Source: Pachysolen tannophilus NRRL Y-2460 (taxonomy: Eukaryota). From it: a DNA stretch of 64,000 nt. Positions within the stretch are counted from its first letter, which is position 1; every line of letters begins with the position of its first letter. Position numbers and translations under genes: made by a program. The stretch covers positions 888,848-952,847 of the forward strand of contig KV454012.1 of the NCBI GenBank assembly GCA_001661245.1. The letters run 5' to 3'. Shown in pieces: positions 1 through 11,442 of the stretch. Below the pieces are notes generated by a model. The model was not told the DNA's origin. It worked only from the letters and a program-made list of their open reading frames with translations, and searched no databases.

Positions 1-168
1 CTTGCAATCAACCAAGACAATTCCCATCTCGGAAAACCATCCAAAATTAACTATTTAAAAAAAAATTAATGCCCTAATTCCTTCTAACCTTACTATTTCT
101 TTATCTTTATCAGCTTGATCCGATTACATCAGCTTTAACATATCAAAAGAGTGGTTACAGGTTCGCGG

Positions 169-220
169 TTGGTGGATCGTTGGTGGATCGTTGGCGGTCA
201 CTTGGCGGTCACTTGGCGGA
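169..220. repeat. Degenerate 11-bp tandem repeat (TTGGTGGATCG x2, TTGGCGGTCAC x2, partial TTGGCGGA)
   Basis: Read directly upstream of GPI2; GC-rich island in AT-rich DNA. Confidence 0.85.
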
Positions 221-429
221 GCTGTTACTGAGCCCGAGAAAGGTCTCCAAGGCAAGTTGGCAAACACAGCCCCTGTAAGCTTGAATGTGTTGCAGCGCCC
301 CAATGTTTTTGACTGGTTCACGTTTTGACCCTATTTCAAGATCAGTGAGGAATTATTAGTATGTGTGAATAATGAAAGTATGCTTGATATATATATTGGT
401 GGTAGAGTATTCAACGATATGAATGGATA

Positions 430-1623
430 ATGAGAACCTCCTCATCTCCTCCTGTGCTAAGAAGGCCAAAAGATTTGAAGAATGTTGATATTCCTAAGAT
501 AGAGATTAATGATGTTGAAAATGATTTTGCATTAGATGGGTTAAAAGATTCTCCGTCGGTTAAAGTTAGAAAGGATTCCATAAGGTCTACATATTCTTCA
601 CGACAACAACAGTGGAAAAAATTGTTGTGGTTGAATCAAAATTATCCAGATAATTACACTGATGAGGAATTTTTATCGCAGTTAAAAAGAAATACCACAG
701 TCGTTAACTATTCATACTGGAAACTTATGAATGATTTTTCATTAATAGTACTACACTTGTCAACTATTATCTTGGTTATTTTGATCTTCTATGGTTATTA
801 CAACTTGAATTGGAATCCTTTAAAACCTGTTTGTATTAGTTCATCGGTGACTTTGATTTCATATTTTATTTATCATGTTAAGGATAATGAAATTAATAGT
901 AGGAAATTAGAAATTAGTAATGGTAATCATAATCATTATTCTGGTCATGATTTTTTAAGTACTTTGAAATCCACAGTGTTGTTGTTGCTTATATTGTTAA
1001 TTTTATCCCCAGTTTTTAAATCATTAACGAATTCGACTTCCTCTGATAGTATATGGGCATTGTCAACATGGTTATGTATTTTGAATATTTTATTCAATGA
1101 TTATAGTGTTGATTTAGAGGATAGTACTAATCGTACTACTAATAGTACGGGATCTAATAATGATATTACAAATAATGGAAATGGATTTGTTTCCACTCAT
1201 AATCACATCAATAGTATTCAAGAAAGTAATAATAATAACTCAAATTTATCAAAAAATTTATCTCTTTCAAATGCAATTGTGTTAGCATCAAGATTAAATT
1301 CAAATCTCTCAGTTTTCTGTTTTGTATTATTTTCCATTCAAATCAACGGATTATTTCCAATTTTCAATAACTTTACAAGAAAATATTATCATTTTAGAAA
1401 ATTCCATTATTTCCAATTTTTCTCCATAAATTGCATTGTTGATTACCTCTTAGTATTCAAATTTGGATGGATAAAAATTTTTTTGATTTGGTTTTCATTA
1501 AAAATTTTGATCATGTTTATCATGCCATACTATTTCATTTTTTTGCAAAAATATAAAGATGAATTACAAGGACCTTGGGATCCGGCTAAACCTGTTATTA
1601 AAAACGTTAATATTAACATATAG
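430..1623 (+). CDS. GPI2: GPI-GlcNAc transferase subunit (PIG-C family)
   Basis: WKKLLWLNQNYPDNYTD N-terminal motif, multiple TM segments, SLSNAIVLASRL, C-terminal LQGPWD. Confidence 0.93.
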   Translation: MRTSSSPPVLRRPKDLKNVDIPKIEINDVENDFALDGLKDSPSVKVRKDSIRSTYSSRQQQWKKLLWLNQNYPDNYTDEEFLSQLKRNTTVVNYSYWKLMNDFSLIVLHLSTIILVILIFYGYYNLNWNPLKPVCISSSVTLISYFIYHVKDNEINSRKLEISNGNHNHYSGHDFLSTLKSTVLLLLILLILSPVFKSLTNSTSSDSIWALSTWLCILNILFNDYSVDLEDSTNRTTNSTGSNNDITNNGNGFVSTHNHINSIQESNNNNSNLSKNLSLSNAIVLASRLNSNLSVFCFVLFSIQINGLFPIFNNFTRKYYHFRKFHYFQFFSINCIVDYLLVFKFGWIKIFLIWFSLKILIMFIMPYYFIFLQKYKDELQGPWDPAKPVIKNVNINI

Positions 1624-1772
1624 TATAAACAAATGATTTAATCTATTAAAATCATCACTTTGTATTATAATTGTTTAACTGAATTTTTTTTTTTTGTCCT
1701 TTTCTTTTCTATTTTGCTATACAAGTACATATTAAAAGCGTTGCATTAATACAAAAAACAAAATTTTTTTGG

Positions 1773-4074
1773 CTAATTATTAAACACACCACCAGCAAGA
1801 CATAAATTTCGTCTTGTGAAATGAACTTTATAAACAGGGGTTTTCTTTGTAAAATAAACGGCCATATGATCATTAGTAGCAACTACCTCTCTTCTTCTTC
1901 TTTGTTCTTCAGCTTTTGCTTCTTCCAGCTTTTGCAGCAGAACGTTGTTACCGTTGGCACCCGCACCCTCACCTGCACCTCCAGTGACAGAAATAGAAGA
2001 TGTATTAGCAAAAGGCTCAGGCTGCGGGCATGAATCGTTAGTTCCTCTTTTGATATCCCAAACTCTAACCGAATTATCAGCTCCAGCACTTACCAAGACA
2101 TTTCCTTCTTGGCTAAAACTTAGAGAATATATAGATGTTCTTCCATGACCTCTCATTGTTTTTAGTCTTCTTCCAGAGCTAATATCCCATACATTAATAA
2201 CACTATCTTCACCTGCACTTGCTAACCATCTACCGTCAGGAGATACAGCCATACAATTTATAGCTCCAGTATGACCAATAAATATTCTTACACTTTCACC
2301 TCTAGCAATGTCCCACATTCGAAGTGTCTTGTCACTTGATCCGGTGAATAAGTAAGTAGAATTAGGATGGAATTCTACACAGTCAACATCATTAAGATGG
2401 CCTGCAAATATTCTTAATGGATATATATGATCGCACGACCATAATCTCGCTGTTTGATCTTGTGAAGCTGTTGCAAAATAATGACCAAATGGAGAAAATT
2501 TCACATCCCAGACTGGTCCATTATGTCCCTTGTAGGACACCAATGACGTGTATGTATCCAATGACCAAAGTCTGACTGTCTTATCTTCAGAAGATGATAA
2601 CAAATATCGGTTATCAGGACTAAAATCAATTCCGTAAACAGAGCCAGAGTGGCCAATTAACCTTCTAGAATTTTGCTGCAGTTGATGGTTAAAAGGGTCG
2701 TTTTTCAAAGCAGACTTCAATGGTGTACCATCAATAGACCAAAGTGTGATAAATGAATCTTGAAAGCCTCCTGCAACTAATGTGGAGTCCTTGTTGAAAT
2801 TTATACAGGTCATGTCGTTGTTTGTATTGTGAAAGGTGTAAGCACAGACACTTGGTAAAGCCGCTTGAGTTGCATCCAATTTAATCTTTGATCTAGAATC
2901 CTGAACCAATTGTATTTCTCTTCTCAAATCAACAATTGTTTTCATTGGTAATGGTAATATTTCTTTCGATGGAGGCTCTAAATCTTCTGGATTTTTATTC
3001 AATGCATTAAATTCTTCTAATAAAGTTTTTTTCTCATGATCTTCTTCTTCTTCTTTTTCTTGTTTAACTTCATTTTTATCCTCTTTTCCATCTCCCTCAG
3101 CTTCCAGTTTTTCAGTTTCATCTTTTAATTTTAATTCAGCTTCTACTTCTTTTTGGAAATCAGGATCCATTGGTAATTTCCCCAACTTGACAGGTTTTGA
3201 ATTAAATTGACTTACATCTTGTGTAATAGCCTTTTTATCACCTTGATCTTTTTTCTCATTTATCATAACTGCTAATGCAGAAATTCCTTCCATAGGATTT
3301 GCCTCTCCTTCTTTATCAAAGTTGTTTATGGTTTCATTACTTATGATTGGTTGCAAATATTGATTAATAATTCTAATAATGATATTTCCACCAACTGCAT
3401 CATTTTCGTGTAAGAAATATAACAACAAATTTAAAGAAGTCTTAGAAATAACCAATTGATACTTGTTATTTCTGAAGATTTTAGCAATTTCGTTCTCTTC
3501 CAAATGTTGAGCTAATGAAATACCACTTAGCTTCGAAATCTCAAAATCATGTACAATCATATGGTCCTTAGAATATTTTTCAAAAAACCAACGAGCTTGA
3601 CTAATATAGTTTTTCGAAATTAAGTCTAAATAACAATGTATAAAGATTGGAAATAACACTCTTTCTAATTCTGTTCTATACAAGTCCAACGATGATTCAC
3701 ACCACGACCTTAACATTGAATATGCTCTAGAATACATTTCTGGTTCAGCATCATATTCGGATGACTTACCGACTAACGGCAGAGAAATCTTGGAGCTTTG
3801 AGGAGTAACCAGTGGTGATTGTGCACTCGGTATACGAGAACTCTCAATTCTCAACATTGATTCTGTCTTGTGATAACCTTTTTTGTTCAAATATTCCAAT
3901 ACAATTCTATTCAAATCTGCTTGTGAAAATTGAGAACTACGCAGTGGTTGCTGTGATACGGTCTGCTGAGCATTAATTGGTTGTCGTACTTGCAGTTGCT
4001 GCTGAGGTTGTTGCGGCTGCTGAGGGTGCAGTTGCTGCTGGCTTTGCTGAGCTTGCTGAACCTGCTGACTGCGC

Positions 4075-4105
<31 letters not shown>

Positions 4106-4169
4106 GCTGCTGCTGCTGCTGCTGCTGTGGAACCCCAGCAGCATCCTGCTCTTGTTTTATAGAAGACAT
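1773..4169 (-). CDS. TAF5: TFIID/SAGA subunit Taf5
   Basis: LisH-like DLNRIVLEYLNKKGYHKTE, NTD2 region, WD40 repeats, C-terminal YFTKKTPVYKVHFTRRNLCLAGG; N-terminal polyQ. Confidence 0.96.
4074..4127 (-). repeat. CAG/CAA trinucleotide repeat encoding ~18 Gln in TAF5
   Basis: (ctg/ttg)n on + strand. Confidence 0.95.
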
Positions 4170-4577
4170 TTTTCAAAAAGTCAAAATAAAAAAAGTCCAC
4201 CAAGACTTGATTGATATTTTCTTAATTTTTTTTATTTGATTTAAAATGAATAAATATAATTATAATTATTATTATTAACGTATTTATTGTATTTAATTAT
4301 CATTTATGTTTTATTTTTTTTTTTTTTTTCACTTTTCTTCGCTACTTTCTTCTAAAAGTGTTACGTAACCGTTTTTTTTAGGACCAAATACTCAAAGTAC
4401 TCACCGACAACGATAAAAGATTGGAAGTAGACAAAGAAGAGAATGATATGATGGCAGTCCTTTTTCGTAGAGATTAATCATAAGTAAAAGCACATGATAT
4501 TTAAGCAATAAAAAATTGAATAAAAAAAGAATGAAAAAATGAAAAAAAAAAAAGACAAAACTGAAAAATTACAAAAT

Positions 4578-6506
4578 CTAAATTAAGTTTATACTGTTTG
4601 GATCATGGACATATTCAACACCAATTTTAACTTTCCCGTTATGCTGTTTATTCATCTTTTTAATTTTTTTCTGTAAGCTTAAGATTCTTCCACGGACACT
4701 TGCGCTTGTTTTGATATCATCTGGAGACAATTCCACCATCACTTCCAAATATTTCTCGTCGGTTGCGTTGGTGTTGGTGTTTCTTATTTGAGGGTTTTCC
4801 TGTGTGTTTGAATTTCCATTGGAAGCAGAGGTGGTGGCAGTAATGGCAGTAGCAGTAGCATTAGCATTAGTAGTGGCATTAGTAGGAGGGGTAACGTTAA
4901 ATGCAGAACCAGCGGCAGTATCATTTTTCCCAAAATCATCATTTACAACTCTAAAATTAATTGCTCCTGGTCTAATATTACCTCCTGGATGCACACCACA
5001 TATTACATGCATTATCTTACCACAATATTTTGTCCAGTAAATTAATTTTGAACCCAAGATTTTACCTTCAGAAAGTATAACCAAATTTTCCAAATGTGAT
5101 GCGTAATTTTCTTCAGATTCTGGTAAATCAAATCCCCATCTATCACTACAAGCCAATCCAATCAAAGCACGTACCTTATGTGATAAACCATGTGAACCAG
5201 CTATTATACCTGTTGTGGCGACATGTAAAGCTGCAGTTGGTTGTAATTCTTTAGGATAAGAACAATGTACAAATGCTAAATCACACAATGCAGGGGCAAT
5301 GCTATAATAAACTTCATCTGGTACTTGAGATTTAGGTAAAGCATTGCGTAATAATTCTAAATATTTATTTGCCAATAATGGAGCATAAGGTTTAGATGCG
5401 GTAATTAAAGGATCTTCAGCTCTTACAGAGGATGGAGTCATTGCATATAATACACCTTCTCTAACTCCACCTTGGCTGAAATGAACAGTTTTAATTCTTG
5501 GTAAAGATTCCAGTGCTGCACTAATTAATAATCCAACCAGGGGTAATTGCAGTCTTCTTCTTTTTGAAACTCTAAAAATTTCATCTGATTGTTTTGAAGA
5601 GTTTGGTAATAATGGTATATCTTTTTTCAAGAAAAGATAATTTGCCATTGAAACAACTTCTGTAAATGAAGTTGAATAACCATTTATTATAGTTGGAATT
5701 GGATAAGTTGGATTTTCTGCTAATATCAAATGACCAAAACCTCTAAATCCACCACCACATGTATATAAATCAAATCCACCTTTCCTTTCAGCTTCTTCTA
5801 TTAATTCATTTGGAATTTCTATTTTTTTCATTGCTAATTTATAAGCTTGCTTTATTTCATTAAATATTATTTTTGGATCTTCATATTTTAATCTATAAGT
5901 TAAGGCAGCAGCACCATATGATAATGAAACCGGATGATCAGAAATTTTGACTTCCCCATTTTTAGAAACTATCCAACTAATCTGTGTAGATCCACCACCA
6001 ACATCCATGAAAAGACCACTAACTTCATTAAAAGATGAAGCAACACCGTACGCACCACATCTGCCTTCATCTTCTTTACTTAATAACTCAACATTCCAAC
6101 CAACACTTTTACTTATTGCCTCCCTAAATTCTTTTGAATTTGAAGCTTCCCTAGTTGCCTCTGTTGCAACAACTTTAACACCTTGTGGAGGAACTCCAAA
6201 ATCGTCACAAATTAATTTAAATCTTTTCATTGCAAAACAGACATCTTCGATTGTACTATCAGGAATAGGAAGTCTTAAAGACTGTCCTCCTTTTTGTTCA
6301 TTATTAGCAACATCATCTGGTGGAAGTTGAGCATCAAATAATGAAATACTAACTCGATCTTTGAAAACACAAGGCATAATTCTTAAATGATGTGGAGCCT
6401 TGGAAGATATGGAAAATCTAATACCATTTGAACCTATATCAACGATAGCAATCAAAGCTCTTCCAACAACTTCGGCCTCACTTTCATTCAACTCAACATC
6501 TGACAT
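4578..6506 (-). CDS. RTG2: Retrograde regulation protein 2 (Ppx/GppA-like ASKHA fold)
   Basis: VDIGSNGIRFSIS, VVATEATREA, MDVGGGSTQ, CGGGFRG, FSQGGVREG. Confidence 0.95.
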   Translation of the reverse strand: MSDVELNESEAEVVGRALIAIVDIGSNGIRFSISSKAPHHLRIMPCVFKDRVSISLFDAQLPPDDVANNEQKGGQSLRLPIPDSTIEDVCFAMKRFKLICDDFGVPPQGVKVVATEATREASNSKEFREAISKSVGWNVELLSKEDEGRCGAYGVASSFNEVSGLFMDVGGGSTQISWIVSKNGEVKISDHPVSLSYGAAALTYRLKYEDPKIIFNEIKQAYKLAMKKIEIPNELIEEAERKGGFDLYTCGGGFRGFGHLILAENPTYPIPTIINGYSTSFTEVVSMANYLFLKKDIPLLPNSSKQSDEIFRVSKRRRLQLPLVGLLISAALESLPRIKTVHFSQGGVREGVLYAMTPSSVRAEDPLITASKPYAPLLANKYLELLRNALPKSQVPDEVYYSIAPALCDLAFVHCSYPKELQPTAALHVATTGIIAGSHGLSHKVRALIGLACSDRWGFDLPESEENYASHLENLVILSEGKILGSKLIYWTKYCGKIMHVICGVHPGGNIRPGAINFRVVNDDFGKNDTAAGSAFNVTPPTNATTNANATATAITATTSASNGNSNTQENPQIRNTNTNATDEKYLEVMVELSPDDIKTSASVRGRILSLQKKIKKMNKQHNGKVKIGVEYVHDPNSINLI

Positions 6507-6869
6507 ACTATTTATTTATAACAACGATGGTGAATATATATGAAGAAAAAGAAGAAAATTAAAAAAAAAAAAAAATAAAAAAAATAAAGTTACCAAGGTT
6601 GACTCACCTCTCCGCACTCAATCGATAATATATTCAATATAGAAAAGAAAAAGAAAAAAAAAAAAAAATGAAAGTGAAAAGCCCTTGTTGTTGCTTTTGT
6701 TTTTTCGAGATTTCTCACACAAAACAAGGGCTGTTGAAGTTGTTTTTTACTTTTTTTTTTGCCTATGGTTTGATTGAAAAAGATCTTTTTCTTCTTTATT
6801 TGCACAAGGGCTTAATTTTCTTCCTTTATTATAAATTATATTAAAATAGATATTGATTGCATTTCAACA

Positions 6870-7271
6870 ATGTCTGCTCAGTTTAAGATACCACTGGATG
6901 AGATGGAAGACGAGCCTATGACGTTTCAAGAGGGCAATGATAATGAAAGTGATGGATACTTAGAAGATGATGAAAATACAAGTAGCAATAATAATAACAA
7001 TAATTCTGCTTCTTCATCGGATGAAACTGAATTATACGATTTAACTCCATCTTCTGTTTTTAAATTTATTACTTCATGTTCAATTAATTTGATTTTACCA
7101 TTTATCAATGGTATGATGTTAGGGTTTGGTGAAATTTTAGCACATGAAATTGGATTCAAGTACGGTTGGTTGGGCGCTAGAGTTTATCCTCAAAAAAGAA
7201 TGATATTTGCTCGTGAACGTGAACAAGAAAAACTGCAACAAGAACAACAAAGGAAAAGTCTGTTTTTATAA
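6870..7271 (+). CDS. MIM1: Mitochondrial outer membrane import protein Mim1/Tom13
   Basis: SINLILPFINGMMLGFGEILAHE signature with acidic N-terminus. Confidence 0.93.
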   Translation: MSAQFKIPLDEMEDEPMTFQEGNDNESDGYLEDDENTSSNNNNNNSASSSDETELYDLTPSSVFKFITSCSINLILPFINGMMLGFGEILAHEIGFKYGWLGARVYPQKRMIFAREREQEKLQQEQQRKSLFL

Positions 7272-7989
7272 TTAAGTTTGTTTCATTATATATATGTATA
7301 TGTATATATATATATTTTTTCTTTTTTATAGTTTGAAGATGATGTAATTCTTCCCTTTTTTTTTTTTTTGTTTTTTTTTGAAAACTCACGAACAATGCAT
7401 TTATCTTTTATATAAAGATACAAGAACGCTGTTGTTCTTATATATAAAAACTTGAAATTATGAATCTTATTTCAATTAAATTAAAAATATCATTCATCTT
7501 GAATTAGATATGGAAGAACGTCTATCTACTTACATCTTACAAAAAAAAAAAAAAATTAAACAATCAATTGAGGTACGGTACAGTACACTTTTTTCCCTTT
7601 TTCTTTTTTGTTGCAATGAATAAACCATTTTCCAAAATCAAGACTCAATATCATACGCCACCTTGAGTAGAGTTTTATTGCTGCTTTGTTACAAAAAAAT
7701 TATTTAAATTACTCTTTTGTCGTCTCTCTTTTTCTCTTTTTTTTTTTTTAATTGAGTATACCAAACTTCAAATGTCGTGTTTCCGAATTGGGAATGTTGG
7801 TTTGATACGCACTACTGTGTTTTTTTTTTTATTTTTTGTTTTTTGTTTTTGTTTTTGTTTTTGTTTTTCACTTTTTGGAGGCCTTGAAAAATGCTCTTTT
7901 CCCACTCAATGAGGTTTTGAAATATTGAAAGTTGAGCAAACAGTCAAATGAAATTGTTTTTTAAGAAATAAACTTTTTTTTTTTGCATT

Positions 7990-9225
7990 ATGGTGTTAGA
8001 AGAGATATCAGCAAACTTGATAAATGTTGCAGAACAGATCTTACAGGATTCTGAAAAATATGGCAATAACAAATTGCAATATACTAAAAATGGAAGGGTT
8101 TATAGACTTATAAACCATGAAGGTTTTGAGAGAATTAAAGAAGATCACAAGTTTCTTATAATAACCAGAGATTATAATTTTAAGGAAAATCTATCTTTAA
8201 TTTCTTCTTACTATATCTTGAAAAAGATAGATGAAAATAGTAAAAGTGAAGGAGATGATGATGATCTTTTTCTGAAACATCGAGATTTATGCCTATCCAT
8301 AGTAGGGGCAGCAAGAGAAATTGAATTAAATAGATGGTATGATCCTAATACTTGTGTAACAACTAAAGATGAAGCAAGTTATGATCCTGAAGGAATGGTG
8401 GAAGAAGCTTTAAAATTTTCTAAAGATATAACTAAAAATCATATAAATAATGGATTATTATTACTTTGTGCTTCAAAAATCAATTTTTTCCATACAGATC
8501 ATACTGCATCAAAGAAAATTGAAGGAATATGTTTAAGAAATTTGGTATTAAGCCTTTATGGAGAAAAAGCATTAAATTCTGAAAAAATTTATAATGCTAT
8601 TAGATGTTTTGCTCATTGGGGAAGTATTAGAGGAATTTTATACAAATTGGAATTGAAAAGTTTATATGTAGATTCAGATTTACAAAATAATTTTAGAAAT
8701 TTCCCAAATCCTCCAGAATATTTAAAACAACAATTATATATTAGATACCCTGCAGGAACATCAAAGTATTCGTTAGCAAAAAAAGCTATTGAAATGATTT
8801 CAAATAGTTTATATGGTAAATTAATCCCAATCCAAACTGATATGAAATGGCTATTCCAATTATGTAATGATATTGAAAAAGAACCTCTGAGATATCATTT
8901 AAGATCATCAACTAAAAATTTATCGAAAAATCCAGTTATATTATCAAAATTAGAAAAACCAGATCAAATTTTAAAAATTTGCCTGTGCATTATAAATGGA
9001 TCAAATGGATTTATTGGTAAAAAATTGATGACTTCTTCTAAATTACCAAAGAGACAAACAATCAAAAATGACAATATTTATATCAAGAGTAAGAATTTGA
9101 CAAGTCACATTTCCAAGTATTACGCTCAAGGTTTAGATGACGATAAGATCTTAGAAATCATGGGTGGGAAAGTCAACAATTGTATATACGATAAAGTGAA
9201 AGCAGCCACCCAATCAATTTTATAA
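7990..9225 (+). CDS. Orphan 411-aa protein; possible endogenous negative-strand RNA virus nucleocapsid-like protein
   Basis: Long intact intronless ORF, ATG to TAA; not a housekeeping family I recognise; motifs KINFFHTDH, HW, RYPAGT, PxRYH. The ORF is well supported, the product is tentative. Confidence 0.6.
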   Translation: MVLEEISANLINVAEQILQDSEKYGNNKLQYTKNGRVYRLINHEGFERIKEDHKFLIITRDYNFKENLSLISSYYILKKIDENSKSEGDDDDLFLKHRDLCLSIVGAAREIELNRWYDPNTCVTTKDEASYDPEGMVEEALKFSKDITKNHINNGLLLLCASKINFFHTDHTASKKIEGICLRNLVLSLYGEKALNSEKIYNAIRCFAHWGSIRGILYKLELKSLYVDSDLQNNFRNFPNPPEYLKQQLYIRYPAGTSKYSLAKKAIEMISNSLYGKLIPIQTDMKWLFQLCNDIEKEPLRYHLRSSTKNLSKNPVILSKLEKPDQILKICLCIINGSNGFIGKKLMTSSKLPKRQTIKNDNIYIKSKNLTSHISKYYAQGLDDDKILEIMGGKVNNCIYDKVKAATQSIL

Positions 9226-9285
9226 ATAAAACTTTAAAATGTAACGAATTAATTTTTTTTTTTTTTTTTNTTTTTTTTTTNTTTT

Positions 9286-9657
9286 NNNNNNNNNNNNNNN
9301 NNNNNNNNNNNNNNNNNNNNNNNNNNNNNNNNNNNNNNNNNNNNNNNNNNNNNNNNNNNNNNNNNNNNNNNNNNNNNNNNNNNNNNNNNNNNNNNNNNNN
9401 NNNNNNNNNNNNNNNNNNNNNNNNNNNNNNNNNNNNNNNNNNNNNNNNNNNNNNNNNNNNNNNNNNNNNNNNNNNNNNNNNNNNNNNNNNNNNNNNNNNN
9501 NNNNNNNNNNNNNNNNNNNNNNNNNNNNNNNNNNNNNNNNNNNNNNNNNNNNNNNNNNNNNNNNNNNNNNNNNNNNNNNNNNNNNNNNNNNNNNNNNNNN
9601 NNNNNNNNNNNNNNNNNNNNNNNNNNNNNNNNNNNNNNNNNNNNNNNNNNNNNNNNN
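9286..9657. other. Assembly gap (run of N) flanked by poly-T and poly-A
   Basis: 372 consecutive N. Confidence 0.99.
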
Positions 9658-9742
9658 GTTTTTTTTTTCAAAAAAAAAAAAAAAAAAAAAGTAAAAAAAG
9701 ATTTAAATATTTATATATAGAGATATATGAAACGCTATCCTT

Positions 9743-11191
9743 CTACTGTCCAGGTCCATCTAAGTTTTTTTCCTCATCAAGAGCCTCATCGTTAACTACT
9801 TTTTCCATTTGATCATTATCTTCTGCTTCTTCTTCTTTAGTCGCTTGATCTGTTTCTTCTACAGTACCCACCTCTTCTTGATGTTCATTTTTTTCTCCTT
9901 CTCCTTCTAGTTCTCCTTCTACTTCTTCATCAATTGAACCTTCTTCTTGTTGAACAAAATAGTTAATAGGATCAAAAACAGATCTAATAGTATCTCTTTG
10001 AATCGATTCATTAGTAGTTGGTTCCCTAACTTTCAAATTAATTTTATTAACATCATTTTGTTGAATATGTTGTTTCAAATTTTCATTTACTCTTCTTCTT
10101 TTCAAATCAATTTTACCATTAACTGGTAAAAAGAAACAAGTATTTGAATTATCAAAATTCAAAGCTAATTCTTCAAAATTTTTATCAAATCTTTTGAAAT
10201 TCATATCATAATCTTTTAATAAATTGAATTCATATTTTTCAGCTGTATTATCTGGTTCATCAATTGGTAAGTTACCTTTTGTATCATCTAATTTTCTTTT
10301 TAAGGATTTTGATTCTTCAGAATTTGTAGTAGTATAATATGACATCCATTCATCACTTTCTGTTATTATTGGTTTGAAGACCGATGTTTCTATTAATTCT
10401 TTATCTACTGGTTTCTTGCTATTTTTGATCAATTCCCTAGATAAAGAAGCACTACCATGAAATTTCACAGAAAGATATGTTTGGTCCATCATTGAAACAT
10501 CTGGTAAGAAATTCCAAACTTTTTTTGCTTTTAAATGAGGTTTCTTTGGATGAACCAACCCTGATAAATCGGATTTATTTTCATATTCAGCTGCTAATTC
10601 AAAAGTTCTTTCAACAGCTGTCAATTGTGAAGTTGGATCAGTGGCTTCTTCTACAAGAGTTCTATTTTGATGACCAATTTTTCTCTTTGTATCTCTCGAA
10701 ATAGATCTACTTGTTTTTTGTAATCCTTGTGATTGTTGTGATTGATCCAATAATGGAGCTGGTGATGACGATTTTTCAGCAATATATTGAGTCCTACGCA
10801 AGAAACTAACCGCTGGTTGTTTCTTTGATATTTTAGTTAATGAAGGATCCAACAATAATAATTGATCATCAGGGTGTAATGTCATTGTTCTATTACCTAA
10901 CAATTTTGTCTCATCATTTTGATCAATCAACCCTGGAACAGTCAACAAATCTATCGGCATACCTAATTGTTCACTAAAAGGTATTAAATTCTTAAAATTC
11001 TCCTTTCTAAAAAGTGATGAAAGTAATGATGGTGAATCCATAGAACCTTGAGAATCAAATGTAACATATTTTAATAATTTTGGTGGACATGGCGGCGCTG
11101 GTAAATCATTTTGGTACCTTATCTTACAAATATACTCCTGTCTTGAAGTCGCCGGAACTTTCGGTCTTTGAGATGAAGACATATTACTCAT
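9743..11191 (-). CDS. PAF1: RNA polymerase II-associated factor Paf1
   Basis: RQEYICKIRYQNDLPAPPCPPKLL, VSFLRRTQYI, HPKKPHLKAKKVWNFLPD, acidic tail; start moved to first in-frame ATG (11191). Confidence 0.95.
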   Translation of the reverse strand: MSNMSSSQRPKVPATSRQEYICKIRYQNDLPAPPCPPKLLKYVTFDSQGSMDSPSLLSSLFRKENFKNLIPFSEQLGMPIDLLTVPGLIDQNDETKLLGNRTMTLHPDDQLLLLDPSLTKISKKQPAVSFLRRTQYIAEKSSSPAPLLDQSQQSQGLQKTSRSISRDTKRKIGHQNRTLVEEATDPTSQLTAVERTFELAAEYENKSDLSGLVHPKKPHLKAKKVWNFLPDVSMMDQTYLSVKFHGSASLSRELIKNSKKPVDKELIETSVFKPIITESDEWMSYYTTTNSEESKSLKRKLDDTKGNLPIDEPDNTAEKYEFNLLKDYDMNFKRFDKNFEELALNFDNSNTCFFLPVNGKIDLKRRRVNENLKQHIQQNDVNKINLKVREPTTNESIQRDTIRSVFDPINYFVQQEEGSIDEEVEGELEGEGEKNEHQEEVGTVEETDQATKEEEAEDNDQMEKVVNDEALDEEKNLDGPGQ

Positions 11192-11442
11192 ATAGATATA
11201 CTTATGATTCAAACCCTGACTTCAATCTTTTTTAATTCTTTTTCTTAATTCATTTATTCATTCATTATTATTTTATTCTTGTTTTTTTTTTTTTTCTTTC
11301 AACAAATTGAAAACCTAAAAAAAAACGTTCTGTATATTTAGTGCACTACCTTTTTAAATTTATTTATTGATTATACCAAAGTAGTTTTCAATGAATATAT
11401 ATAATGAACAATCATTAATTAAATTATGCTATTTATTCCTAT

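Noticed and set aside
1..50. Minus-strand frame LILDGFPRWELSWLIA after a TAG, possibly an exon of a gene leaving the window
   Set aside because: Too short; the DGFPR kinase-like match may be chance and no convincing upstream exon or intron was found
124..321. 65-aa minus-strand ORF
   Set aside because: GTG start, built on the 11-bp tandem repeat, no recognisable motif
3911..4214. Poly-Ala/Val/Leu/Ser/Thr ORFs overlapping the TAF5 5' end
   Set aside because: Alternative frames of the polyQ repeat
9249..9671. 140-aa ORF of K and X
   Set aside because: Artefact of the N gap and homopolymers
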